From Betaproteobacteria bacterium HGW-Betaproteobacteria-7 (GTDB taxonomy: Bacteria; Pseudomonadota; Gammaproteobacteria; Burkholderiales; Rhodocyclaceae): a stretch of DNA of 64,000 bases. The notes under the pieces are model-generated. The model saw only the letters and a list, made by a program, of their open reading frames with translations, searched no databases and had not been told where the DNA came from. Positions 1-8,732 of the stretch are shown here, in pieces. Numbering within the stretch: the first letter of the stretch is position 1; each line of letters begins with the position of its first letter. The translations under genes were made by a program, and so were the position numbers. The stretch lies in the NCBI GenBank assembly GCA_002840765.1, contig PHCE01000004.1:71959-135958 (forward strand), in the 5' to 3' direction.

Positions 1-1101
1 CGCATTATCCAGCAGATTGCCCAGCATCTCCTGCAAATCCTGGGCTTCGCCGCGAAATACCAGCGGCTCCGGGCAGCTGCCGACGGCGATCTGCAGGTGA
101 CGGTCGGCATGCAGGCGCTGCATGACACGTAGCAGGCCGTCGAGCGCCGGGCGCAGGCGGCAGCGCTGACCGCTCAACTGGGCGGCGGCAGCGGCGCGGG
201 CGCGGGCCAGATGGTGATCGATCTGCTGCCGGGCAAGCACCACCTGGGTGCCGACCAGTTCGGCCAGCGGCCCGGATTCGGCGGCAGCGGCATTGGCCAT
301 CACGCTCAATGGCGTCTTCACGGCATGGGCGAGGTTGCCGGCCTGACTGCGCGCCCGCTCGACGAACTCGGCATTGCGCGCCAGTACGGCATTCAGCTCG
401 TCCACCACCGGCTGTACTTCCGAGGGGTAGCGGCCACCCAGGCTGGCGCGGCTGCCGTCACGCAGTTGCGCCAGTTCGTCGCGCAGACGGTTGAGCGGGC
501 GCAGACCGCTGCGGACCTGGACGATCGCCGCGCCGACCAGACCGGCGGCGAGCAGGCCGAGAGCGGTCAGCAGCATGCCGCGGAAACGCAGTAGTGGGCC
601 GGCCAGCAGTTCCTCGTCGGCGGCGACGATCAGGCGGGCCGTCTGATCGGGCCGGCCGGCGGGGCGCAGCACCTGTTCGATGAGCAGCAGCGGCTTGCCG
701 TCAGGGCCGGCGACGCGATGTTCGTGTCGATCGCCATCAGCCGGGCGATCATCCGGCACAGCAAGTTCCTGGTCCCATAACGAGCGCGAACGCAGCACGG
801 CGACCTCACTGGGCCGGGCGGTGTCGCTGATGCGATCGACCTGCCAGTAAAGTCCGGAGTAAGGACGAACCAGGCGCGGGTCACTCAGCGGATTGGCGAT
901 CACTGCCCGTCCCGCCTCGTCGAACTCGAGGCCGGCCGCCAGCTGGTTGAGGTGAGTCTGCAGTTCGGCGTGGAACTGGCGGGTCAGGTGCTGGCTGAAC
1001 AGGCTGTTGAGCAGCCAGCCGGTGAGGCCAATGCTGCCGAGGATCCAGACCAGCGTGCCGAGCAGCAGCCGCAGCCGGAGGGACGACCGGCCGCCATTCA
1101 T
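1..1101 (-). CDS. Sensor histidine kinase (PhoQ/QseC-like), partial; the C-terminus runs off the window
   Basis: Absent from the ORF track because it is truncated by the window edge. I translated the minus strand by hand from the ATG at 1101, which shares an ATGA overlap with the RR stop. This gives MNGGRSSLRLRLLLGTLVWILGSIGLTGWLL..., a periplasmic stretch (..GLYWQVD..), a second hydrophobic segment (GMLLTALGLLAAGLVGAAIV), a HAMP-like linker and the H-box NLAHAVKTPLSV. The frame stays open to position 1. Confidence 0.8.
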   Translation of the reverse strand, partial: MNGGRSSLRLRLLLGTLVWILGSIGLTGWLLNSLFSQHLTRQFHAELQTHLNQLAAGLEFDEAGRAVIANPLSDPRLVRPYSGLYWQVDRISDTARPSEVAVLRSRSLWDQELAVPDDRPADGDRHEHRVAGPDGKPLLLIEQVLRPAGRPDQTARLIVAADEELLAGPLLRFRGMLLTALGLLAAGLVGAAIVQVRSGLRPLNRLRDELAQLRDGSRASLGGRYPSEVQPVVDELNAVLARNAEFVERARSQAGNLAHAVKTPLSVMANAAAAESGPLAELVGTQVVLARQQIDHHLARARAAAAAQLSGQRCRLRPALDGLLRVMQRLHADRHLQIAVGSCPEPLVFRGEAQDLQEMLGNLLDNA

Positions 1102-1760
1102 GCCGGCGCGCGCAGGCGGTAACCGAGGCCGCGTACCGTCTCGATCATGTCGGGCGGCAGCTTCTTGCGCAGGCGGCCGACGAAGACCTCGATGGTGTTG
1201 GAGTCACGGTCGCTATCGTGGGCGTAGATGTGTTCGGACAGTTCGCTGCGCGAAACGACCTGGTCGCAGCGGTGCAGCAGGTAGGTGAGGACACGGAACT
1301 CATGGCTGGTCAGGGTCAGCGGCTGACCATCGACATGGGCGCGGGCGCTGCGCGTGTCTACGACCAGGGGGCCGCAGACCAGTTCGTTGGCTGCCTGGCC
1401 GCCAGCGCGGCGGATCAGGGCGCGCAGGCGGGCCAGCAACTCCTCCATGTGGAAGGGCTTGACCAGATAATCGTCGGCCCCGGCATCGATGCCGGCGACC
1501 CGCTCGTGCCATTCGCCGCGGGCGGTCAGGATGAGTACCGGCATATTGCGGCCGGCAGCGCGCCAGTGCCTGAGCACGGTCAGGCCGTCGACGATCGGCA
1601 GGCCGAGATCGAGCACCACCGCATCGAAGGCTTCCTCGCTGCCAAGGTGCTGGGCATCGCGGCCATTGCTTGCGGCATCGACGGCGTAGCCGGCGGTTTC
1701 CAGGCTGCGGCACAATTGAACACACAGCGTCGGTTCATCCTCGACAACCAGGATACGCAT
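1098..1760 (-). CDS. OmpR/PhoB-family DNA-binding response regulator
   Basis: 220 aa. Receiver domain (MRILVVEDEP..., DAVVLDLGLP, KPF) plus a winged-helix C-terminus (..LTSHEFRVLTYL.., VRGLGYRL). Start and stop overlap the flanking genes. Confidence 0.9.
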   Translation of the reverse strand: MRILVVEDEPTLCVQLCRSLETAGYAVDAASNGRDAQHLGSEEAFDAVVLDLGLPIVDGLTVLRHWRAAGRNMPVLILTARGEWHERVAGIDAGADDYLVKPFHMEELLARLRALIRRAGGQAANELVCGPLVVDTRSARAHVDGQPLTLTSHEFRVLTYLLHRCDQVVSRSELSEHIYAHDSDRDSNTIEVFVGRLRKKLPPDMIETVRGLGYRLRAPA

Positions 1761-2095
1761 CAGTCATTTTCCTTTTTGTGGCTGCCAAGCAGCGAGGCGT
1801 CGCGCGCATCCAGCCGCAGCTTGCTGACGCCGCCGTCGGGACGCAGCATCTTGACCTTGTACACCCAGCGCCCGGATTTCTCTTCCAGCTCGACCTCCAG
1901 TGCCTCGCCGGGGTGATCCTTGCGGATACGCTCGAGCACCGTGCGCAGTGGCAGGATCTGGCCGCTGGCGAGGGCTTCGCGCGCCAGTTCGTGATCGCGC
2001 CGGTCGTCGCCCAGCGCCGGTCCGGCCAAGGCAGCCAATAGAATCAGCAGGGCCGGGCCGGCGAACGGAGCATGGCGACTCATCCGGCGTGTCAT
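1760..2095 (-). CDS. PepSY domain-containing periplasmic protein
   Basis: 111 aa. Signal-like N-terminus (PALLILLAALAGPALG). The core GEALEVELEEKSGRWVYKVKMLRPDGGVSKLRLDA is typical of PepSY. It overlaps the RR start by 1 nt. Confidence 0.7.
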   Translation of the reverse strand: MTRRMSRHAPFAGPALLILLAALAGPALGDDRRDHELAREALASGQILPLRTVLERIRKDHPGEALEVELEEKSGRWVYKVKMLRPDGGVSKLRLDARDASLLGSHKKEND

Positions 2096-2467
2096 CTAGC
2101 GCCCGCGGCCTTGCCCGCCACCGCCACCCATGCCCGCTCCGCCGCCCATTCCCTGGCCACCACCGGGCCCCATGCCGCGACCGGGACCCATGCCGCGACC
2201 GGCGCCGCGGTCAGGCGGGGTTTCCGGCAAGGTCACGCCCTGCTGGCGGGCGCGCTCGACCATCTGCTGGTGGTGCTGACTACGCACGGTTTCGCGTTCT
2301 TCGGCGGTTTTCGCCGACTGCATTTTCAGGCGATGCTCGTTGCGTTCCTGCTGGGTCATCAACTGGCTACCGTAGACTGTTTCGCCGTTATCGGCGGCCA
2401 AGGTTCCGCCGGCGGCAGTGATGAAACAGGCGGCCAGCAGTGTTTGCATCAGTTTGCTCTTGAACAT
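2096..2467 (-). CDS. Small periplasmic protein with an LTXXQ-like motif and a Gly/Met-rich tail (ZraP/Spy/CpxP-like architecture)
   Basis: Start chosen at MFKSKLMQTLLAACFITAAGGTLAA (signal peptide), with an AAGGAG SD 6-11 nt upstream on the minus strand. It contains LMTQQERNEH and a helical, charged middle region. The tail is GRGMGPGRGMGPGGGQGMGGGAGMGGGGGQGRGR. Confidence 0.6.
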   Translation of the reverse strand: MFKSKLMQTLLAACFITAAGGTLAADNGETVYGSQLMTQQERNEHRLKMQSAKTAEERETVRSQHHQQMVERARQQGVTLPETPPDRGAGRGMGPGRGMGPGGGQGMGGGAGMGGGGGQGRGR

Positions 2468-2590
2468 GATCGACTCCTTTAGCACTTGAATGATGTCACG
2501 CAATCCGGGTGCCGGCCACACTGCCCGGCGCTCGTTACGCTGACACTCCGGTTGTAGTCCGCTGCCGATGAACCTCAAGTGAACACCGCT

Positions 2591-2607
2591 TTCAGGTTTG
2601 CTTCAGG
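2591..2607 (+). promoter_or_regulatory. Direct repeat TTCAGG-N5-TTCAGG (11-bp period); candidate response-regulator box in the divergent intergenic region
   Basis: TTCAGG occurs at 2591-2596 and 2602-2607, about 50-65 nt upstream of the DUF1924 gene start. OmpR-family regulators typically bind direct repeats spaced one helical turn apart. Confidence 0.25.
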
Positions 2608-2656
2608 CTTGGCCTGTCAAATTGCCTCCCATCGCACAACCACCGGGATGCCCGCC

Positions 2657-3073
2657 ATGACCAAAACCTTCGCCACCCAACTGCTCGCCGCGCTGCTGCT
2701 GGCACCTCTGGCCGCCACAGCCGCCCCCCTCAGTGACCAATTGGCGAGTTATGCCGCCGCGGCGAAGTCTGCCGATCCGGCCTTTGTCGGGTTCTCGGCG
2801 GCGCGGGGCAAGACGCTGCATACCCAGGCCTTCGCTCTCGGCAAGCCGGACACGCCCGCCTGCACTTCCTGTCATGGTCCGGATCCGCGCGGCGCCGGCA
2901 AGACCCCTACCGGCAAGGTGATCGAGCCGGTCGCCCTGTCGGCGACCCCGGGCCGCTACGCCGATCCGGCCAAGGTCGAGAAATGGTTCAAGCGCAACTG
3001 CAACGAAGTCCTCGGTCGTGCCTGCACGCCGCTGGAAAAGGGCGACTGGCTGACTTTCGTCAGCGGCCAGTAA
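2657..3073 (+). CDS. Monoheme c-type cytochrome, DUF1924 / SHP-like
   Basis: Signal peptide MTKTFATQLLAALLLAPLAATAAP. One CxxCH (CTSCH) and a C-terminal Cys pair (NCNEVLGRAC). The start could also be the ATG at 2648. Confidence 0.7.
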   Translation: MTKTFATQLLAALLLAPLAATAAPLSDQLASYAAAAKSADPAFVGFSAARGKTLHTQAFALGKPDTPACTSCHGPDPRGAGKTPTGKVIEPVALSATPGRYADPAKVEKWFKRNCNEVLGRACTPLEKGDWLTFVSGQ

Positions 3074-3097
3074 GCCCGACTGCCACAGGAGAGCATC

Positions 3098-3589
3098 ATG
3101 AAAATTCCCGTCCGCCCCATCGTCCTCGCCGGCCTCGCGCTGGCTTTCTCGGCCTTGGTGCTGAGCCGTGCCCAGGCCGGTGGCAGCCATTTCTTCCCGC
3201 CGGTGGCCGATCTCCAGGTCAAGGAGGAGTGCGGTAGTTGCCACCTGGCCTTTCCCCCGTCGATGCTGCCCGCACGTTCCTGGCAACGGATGATGGGCGA
3301 TCTGAAAAATCACTTTGGTGACGACGCCTCGCTCGACCCCGGACTGGCGGCAAAGATTACCGACTACCTGGTGGCCAATGCCGCCGATAACGCCGGCCAG
3401 CGCCGCGGCGAGAAGCTGATTCGCGGCGTTGACGCCAGCAGCGCGCCGCTGCGTATCAGCGAGCTGCCGAAATGGGTGCGCGAACACCGCAAGGTGCCGG
3501 ACTGGGAGTGGCGACACAAGGATGTGCGGACCCGGGCCAATTGCGTCGCCTGCCATGCCGACGCCGAACGCGGTTACTACGACGACTGA
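3098..3589 (+). CDS. Diheme cytochrome c (DHC family)
   Basis: 163 aa with a signal peptide. Two CxxCH motifs (CGSCH, CVACH). LPARSWQRMMGDLKNHFGDDASL is characteristic of DHC. Confidence 0.85.
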   Translation: MKIPVRPIVLAGLALAFSALVLSRAQAGGSHFFPPVADLQVKEECGSCHLAFPPSMLPARSWQRMMGDLKNHFGDDASLDPGLAAKITDYLVANAADNAGQRRGEKLIRGVDASSAPLRISELPKWVREHRKVPDWEWRHKDVRTRANCVACHADAERGYYDD

Positions 3590-3620
3590 ACGCTGCCACC
3601 AACTTGCTGGAGAACTTGCC

Positions 3621-4031
3621 ATGAAACTATCAACTGCTTTCGTGAGCCTGGCCGTCGCTGGCGGCCTGTTCACCGCCGGGCTGACGCTGGCTCCTTCGTT
3701 TGCCGACGAGCGCCGCTCTTCGGTGACTGAAACACAGTGGCTGCCCCTGCCAAAACTGATCGAACGCCTGGACGCCGCCGGCTATCGCGACATCGAGAAG
3801 ATCGAGCGCGAGCGCGGCCGCTACGAGGTGCGAGCCACTGATCGCCAGGGCGCTCGCGTCAAGCTCTACCTGCATCCGCTCAGCGGCGAACTGATCGATC
3901 AGCCTCAGGAAAGACGCTGGCGCGACGATTCCGACAGCCGTCCGCGGGCTGGTTCGGGCGATTGTAACAAGCGCCGTTGCCGCGACGATCTGCCGACCGC
4001 TGCAACGACGCCGCCTGCCGCGCCCAAGTAA
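3621..4031 (+). CDS. PepSY domain-containing periplasmic protein
   Basis: Start at the ATG at 3621, preceded by a GGAGA SD. Signal peptide MKLSTAFVSLAVAGGLFTAGLTLAPSFA. PepSY-like core: YRDIEKIERERGRYEVRATDRQGARVKLYLHPLSGEL. Confidence 0.7.
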   Translation: MKLSTAFVSLAVAGGLFTAGLTLAPSFADERRSSVTETQWLPLPKLIERLDAAGYRDIEKIERERGRYEVRATDRQGARVKLYLHPLSGELIDQPQERRWRDDSDSRPRAGSGDCNKRRCRDDLPTAATTPPAAPK

Positions 4032-4084
4032 AACCTGGCCATACCTAATCGCCGCTCCGGTGGCAGCATTTTTGAGCACACCAC

Positions 4085-5404
4085 ATGAATTTCCTGCTTT
4101 CTGCGGTCATTGCCGCCTTTGTCCTCGCCTGGGGCATCGATGTTTCCGCCACCCCCTTGCCGGCGGGCGTCCATCCGCTGTGGCAGGGCCGCCAGGAGGC
4201 GATGTACCTGAGCGGGCTGCTGTCGATCGCCCTGATGTCGGTGAGTATGCTGCTGGCGACGCGTCCGACCTGGCTGGAGGTGCCGCTCGGCGGCATGGAC
4301 CGGGTCTATCGCACGCACAAGTGGGCCGGCCTGCTGGCCGGGCTGTTCGCCATCCTCCACTGGCTGATCGAGATGGCGGACGACATCCTCAAATCGAGCA
4401 TCGGCCGCGAAGGCCGTCTGCCCAAGGAAAAGTTCTCCGGTGTGCTTGAATCATTGCGTGATTTGGCCGAAGACATGGGCGAGTGGGCCTTCTACCTGAT
4501 TGTTGCCATGCTGCTGCTGGCCCTGTGGAAGAAGTTCCCCTACCGGCCGTGGCGCTTCCTGCACCGGGCCATGCCGGCGCTTTACCTGATGCTGGCCTTT
4601 CACGCCGCCCTGCTGTCGCCGCTCGACTACTGGCAGCAGCCGGCCGGCGCCCTGCTGGCGCTGTTCCTGGTTGGCGGCAGCTACGGCGCCGGGCGCTCGC
4701 TGCTCGGTAGCATCGGTCGGCAGCGCCAGGCGGTTGGCGAAATTCTCTCGGTGGACCAGCCGACTGGCGATCTGACCACCGTCCGTTGCCGCCTGGATGG
4801 CTGGCACGGCCATCGGCCAGGGCAGTTTGCCTTTGTCACCTTCGATACCGGCGAGCCGGCGCATCCGTTCACCATTGCCAGCGCTGATTGTGGTGACGGC
4901 ATCGTCACCTTCCAGATCAAGGCGCTGGGTGACTTCACCCGGCATCTGGCCGGCCGTATCTGGGCCGGCCAGTCGGTCAGGGTGGAAGGGCCGTACGGGC
5001 GTTTCGATATCGCCCGCCTCGATCCTCGCGCCCGACAGCTGTGGGTGGCTGCCGGCGTCGGCGTGACACCGTTCCTGGCCTGGCTGGAGTCACTGCAGGG
5101 CGAGCCGGCCGCAGCGCCGCCGGCCGAACTGCATTACTGCACCCGCGATGGCCAAAACGATCCTTTCATCGCTCGTCTGGAGATGCTGTGCGAGCGCCTG
5201 CCGGCCATCAGCCTGCACGTCCATGATGCCAGCCGCGGTGAAAAGCTCGATGCGGCGGGGCTGCTGCAGGGCAATCCGTCGGCGCGGCGCAGCGAAATCT
5301 GGTTCTGCGGACCGCAGGGGCTGGCACAAGCTCTGCGCGACGGGCTGCGAAAACAGTGGCCGGGACGCGTTCGCTTTCACCAGGAGGCTTTTAAGATGCG
5401 TTGA
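4085..5404 (+). CDS. Ferric-reductase / NOX-type flavocytochrome b (transmembrane bis-heme domain fused to FAD and NAD(P)H domains)
   Basis: 439 aa. Two His pairs sit in TM helices (HKWAGLLAGLFAILH, HRAMPALYLMLAFH). It carries the FAD motif HPFTIAS, GPYG, the NAD(P)H motif AAGVGVTPF and a C-terminal FCGP. Confidence 0.85.
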   Translation: MNFLLSAVIAAFVLAWGIDVSATPLPAGVHPLWQGRQEAMYLSGLLSIALMSVSMLLATRPTWLEVPLGGMDRVYRTHKWAGLLAGLFAILHWLIEMADDILKSSIGREGRLPKEKFSGVLESLRDLAEDMGEWAFYLIVAMLLLALWKKFPYRPWRFLHRAMPALYLMLAFHAALLSPLDYWQQPAGALLALFLVGGSYGAGRSLLGSIGRQRQAVGEILSVDQPTGDLTTVRCRLDGWHGHRPGQFAFVTFDTGEPAHPFTIASADCGDGIVTFQIKALGDFTRHLAGRIWAGQSVRVEGPYGRFDIARLDPRARQLWVAAGVGVTPFLAWLESLQGEPAAAPPAELHYCTRDGQNDPFIARLEMLCERLPAISLHVHDASRGEKLDAAGLLQGNPSARRSEIWFCGPQGLAQALRDGLRKQWPGRVRFHQEAFKMR

Positions 5405-5483
5405 GTAGTGCTCCCCAAATTCATCTTTGCAGAATATGACTTACGTCATAGACTGCATTACCAATAACAGCATAGGGGGCATC

Positions 5484-7139
5484 ATGGGCAGCTTCACTAT
5501 TCGGGCGCGTCTGATTGCCTTGGTGGCATTTCTGGCGGCGGCACTGGTCGTCGTCGGCGGAATTGGCATCTATACGGTGCAAAAGGCCGATGCAGAGGTC
5601 AAGTCAATTTTCGAGAACCAGGTTGTGCCAATGCGCGAAGTGGCGCGCATCCGGCGCTTGGCTGTCGATAACGCCGGGCAGATTTTTCGGGCGATCCAGC
5701 ACAATCCGACGTTTGAATATTCCCGCCTGCACAACCATCCGGTTTCCATGCACCTGGAGGTCATCGAGAAAAATATCGCCTGGATGGATGAAACCATGGG
5801 TTTGCTGAAGTCCCACTTGTTGGCCGACAGCGAGGAACTGAAGATACTTGCCCAGTTTCAGCCGCTCTATGCCAGCTACGTTAGCGAGGTCTTGCAGCCA
5901 ACAATCAAGGCGCTCAAGGCCGATGATTATTCAGTGGCCATGGTTGCCCGCTTCCTCAAGGACAACGGCGAGTTCGAACAGAAGATGAACCCCTTGCTGA
6001 GGGGCATGGCCGAGGCGCAGCAGGCAGCGGTCAGGACGACCTACGAGAACGAGGTCGCACGCAATGAACGGATGCGCACGATCTCCATCGTCACCCTGGT
6101 GGCCGGCCTGCTGATCGGCCTGCTGATCGCCTTCCAGACCATCCGCTCGGTGACCGGGCCGCTGAGCGAGATGCAGGCGATGATCACGCATGCGGCCAGC
6201 GACCACGATTTCCGCGGCGCCATCGCCATCCGCTCGCACGATGAGGTCGGGACAACGGCACATGCTTTCAATGATCTGCTGGCAGCGCTCCGGCAAAGCC
6301 TGGGCGAAATCCGCGTCGACATCGCCAAGGTCGACGATGCCACACGAGCCCTGGCCAGCGCGGCTGACCAGGCCGCGCACGCTTCCAGCGAAACCAGCGA
6401 ATCGGCCTCGTCGATGGCGGCCTCGGTTGAACAGCTCTCGGTCAGCATCACTTCGGTCTCTGATCACACCCGCGAGGCGCTGAGCATCGCCAATGCGGCT
6501 GGTGAGCACTCGGAAACCGGTGGGGCGGTCATCGGCAGCGCGGTCGAGGCGATGTCGGAAATCGCCGTGCAGGTGCGCGCGGTGGGCGAGACCATCACCG
6601 AGCTGGGCCAGCACTCAGACCGTATATCCTCGGTGGTTCAGGTGATCAAGGATGTCGCCGACCAGACCAATCTGCTGGCCCTGAATGCTGCCATCGAGGC
6701 AGCACGGGCCGGCGAACAGGGACGTGGCTTCGCCGTCGTTGCCGACGAGGTGCGCAAGCTGGCCGAGCGCACGACCAAGGCGACCGGCGAGATCGCGCTG
6801 ATGATCAGTGACATCCAGGAACGCTCACGCAGTGCCGTGTCGGCGATGGAGAACACCATCGAGCGCATCGAGAAGGGTTCCGAACTGGCGGGCAAGGCTG
6901 GTCACGCAATCGAGGCGATTCGGGCGGCCAATGGCGAGGTGCAACGCGTCTTTGCCGACATCAACGAGGCCATGCGCGAACAGGGGGCGGCCAGCTACGA
7001 CATCGCCCAGCGCGTCGAACGCGTTGCTCAGGCCTCAGAGGAAAGCAGCATCAGCGTCAAGGAATCGGCGGCGCAGTCGGCCAGCATCCGTGATCTGGCC
7101 AATGACATGCGCGGCAGCGTCGAACGCTTCAAGGTCTGA
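5484..7139 (+). CDS. Methyl-accepting chemotaxis protein
   Basis: Start at [10 protein letters not shown], preceded by an AGGGGG SD. N-terminal TM helix, a four-helix-bundle-type periplasmic domain, a second TM helix and a HAMP domain. Conserved signalling hairpin: [37 protein letters not shown]. Confidence 0.9.
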   Translation: MGSFTIRARLIALVAFLAAALVVVGGIGIYTVQKADAEVKSIFENQVVPMREVARIRRLAVDNAGQIFRAIQHNPTFEYSRLHNHPVSMHLEVIEKNIAWMDETMGLLKSHLLADSEELKILAQFQPLYASYVSEVLQPTIKALKADDYSVAMVARFLKDNGEFEQKMNPLLRGMAEAQQAAVRTTYENEVARNERMRTISIVTLVAGLLIGLLIAFQTIRSVTGPLSEMQAMITHAASDHDFRGAIAIRSHDEVGTTAHAFNDLLAALRQSLGEIRVDIAKVDDATRALASAADQAAHASSETSESASSMAASVEQLSVSITSVSDHTREALSIANAAGEHSETGGAVIGSAVEAMSEIAVQVRAVGETITELGQHSDRISSVVQVIKDVADQTNLLALNAAIEAARAGEQGRGFAVVADEVRKLAERTTKATGEIALMISDIQERSRSAVSAMENTIERIEKGSELAGKAGHAIEAIRAANGEVQRVFADINEAMREQGAASYDIAQRVERVAQASEESSISVKESAAQSASIRDLANDMRGSVERFKV

Positions 7140-7158
7140 TGCCGGCAAGCCCGGCCGT

Positions 7159-8106
7159 TCAGGCCGGGCACTCGTCACAGCGGTGGAGTTCCACCGTCAC
7201 GTGCACGATTTCCTCGTGGATGGCCAGGGCTTCGCGCACGGCCAGCGGCGTCAGCGCCGGGTCGTGGGTGAGCAGCGAGATGGCGCAGGCGTAGGCGCCG
7301 TTGCCGACGCGCCAGACATGCAGGTCGGTGAGCTGCGTGCCGGCCGGCAGTCCGCCGATGACCTCGCGGATTTCCTCAACGACCGGATGATCCATCTCGC
7401 GGTCGAGCAGCACGCTGCCGGTCTGGCGCAGCAGGTTTTTCGCCCATAGCGCCACCAGCACGGCGCCGACCAGCGCGCAGGCGGGATCGAGCCAGGCCCA
7501 GCCCCAGAACCAGCCGCCGGCAAGCGCGGCGATGGCCAGCACCGAAGTCAAAGCATCGGTCAGGACATGGATGTAGGCGGCCTTCAGGTTGAGGTCGTCG
7601 TGCTGGTGACCATGACCGTGGGTATGATCGTGGCCGTGTTCCGGCCCGCCGGCCCGGTGCAGGATGGCGGCACAGACAAAATTGACCACCAGGCCGAGGA
7701 TGGCGACGACCATCGCCTCGGCGTAGCGGATCGGTTGCGGGTCGAGCAGGCGGTCGACGGCGCCGAAGACCATCAGCGCGGCCACGGCAATCAGGAACAG
7801 GGCGCTGGTGTAGCCGGCGAGCACCTCGATCTTCCAGGTGCCGAAGGCGAAACGCGGGTCGTTGGCGTACTTGCGGGCGGCGGCATAGGCAAATACCGAG
7901 AGGCCGATGGCCAGCGCGTGCGAACTCATGTGCCAGCCATCGGCGAGCACCGCCATCGAGTTGAACCACCAGCCGGCGGTGATCTCGATGACCATGGTCA
8001 CCAGCGTGATCCACAGCACCCAGCGGGTACCGGCCTCGGCGCGGGCATTGCCGACGCCGTAGTCGTGGCGCTGCTCCCAGCGGCTCAGGTCGCGGTGGGC
8101 GTTCAT
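7159..8106 (-). CDS. Cation diffusion facilitator metal efflux transporter (DmeF/CzcD-like)
   Basis: Start at MNAHRDL (ATGA overlap with the upstream aldolase stop). TM helices carry HMSSHA and HVLTDA metal-site motifs. His-rich loop: GPEHGHDHTHGHGHQHDD. Confidence 0.85.
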   Translation of the reverse strand: MNAHRDLSRWEQRHDYGVGNARAEAGTRWVLWITLVTMVIEITAGWWFNSMAVLADGWHMSSHALAIGLSVFAYAAARKYANDPRFAFGTWKIEVLAGYTSALFLIAVAALMVFGAVDRLLDPQPIRYAEAMVVAILGLVVNFVCAAILHRAGGPEHGHDHTHGHGHQHDDLNLKAAYIHVLTDALTSVLAIAALAGGWFWGWAWLDPACALVGAVLVALWAKNLLRQTGSVLLDREMDHPVVEEIREVIGGLPAGTQLTDLHVWRVGNGAYACAISLLTHDPALTPLAVREALAIHEEIVHVTVELHRCDECPA

Positions 8107-8732
8107 TGTTGTCCGTAGCCAGCGAACTTTTCCATCACCGCCGCCATCTCGTCGCTGCCGAGCAGCACTGGTTGGCCGAGCTGGCAGGCGCGCCAGTATT
8201 GCTCGCACAGTTCTTCCAGTTCGATGGCCAGGGCCAGCGCCTCGTCCAGGTCGCGGCCGGCGACCAGCAGGCCGTGGTTGGCCAGCAGGCAGCCTTGGCG
8301 GCCGGCCATCGCCGCCAGCGCTGCCGCCGATAATTCGGCCGAGCCGAAGATGGCGTAATCGGCGCAGCGGATGGTGTCGCCGCCGAAGCGGGCGATCATG
8401 TAGTGGAAAGGCGGAATGTCGCGGCGCAGGCAGGCCAGGCTGACAGCAAACGGTGAATGGGCATGCAGCACGGCGCCGACTTCCGGGCGGGCGGCGTAGA
8501 GATCGCGGTGAAAGCGCCATTCGGAGGACGGTTTGCGCCGGCCCGTGGGCGAGCCGTCGAGCCCCATTAGCGGAATGTCGTCAGCGACCAGCGCCGGGTA
8601 GGGCATGCCGGTCGGCGTGATGTAGAAGCCGTCGCCGTGGCGCACGCTGACATTGCCGGCGGTGCCGCGATTGAGGCCGGCCGGTTGCAGGGCGCGGGCG
8701 GTGGCGATCAGTTGGTCGCGCAGGTCAGTCAT
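8103..8732 (-). CDS. Class II aldolase/adducin-family protein, FucA-like (candidate 5-methylthioribulose-1-phosphate aldolase)
   Basis: 209 aa. From memory it aligns closely to E. coli FucA (NRGTAGNVSVR, ITPTGMPY, PSSEWRFH, HAHSP, HYMIA, ANHGLL). It overlaps both the mtnA stop and the CDF start. Confidence 0.8.
   Translation of the reverse strand: MTDLRDQLIATARALQPAGLNRGTAGNVSVRHGDGFYITPTGMPYPALVADDIPLMGLDGSPTGRRKPSSEWRFHRDLYAARPEVGAVLHAHSPFAVSLACLRRDIPPFHYMIARFGGDTIRCADYAIFGSAELSAAALAAMAGRQGCLLANHGLLVAGRDLDEALALAIELEELCEQYWRACQLGQPVLLGSDEMAAVMEKFAGYGQQ

Noticed and set aside
5436-5449. Palindrome ATGAC-N4-GTCAT upstream of the MCP gene
   Set aside because: The arms are only 5 bp, and it matches no regulator consensus I know. 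I also looked for a FliA-type TAAA-N15-GCCGATAA promoter here and did not find one.
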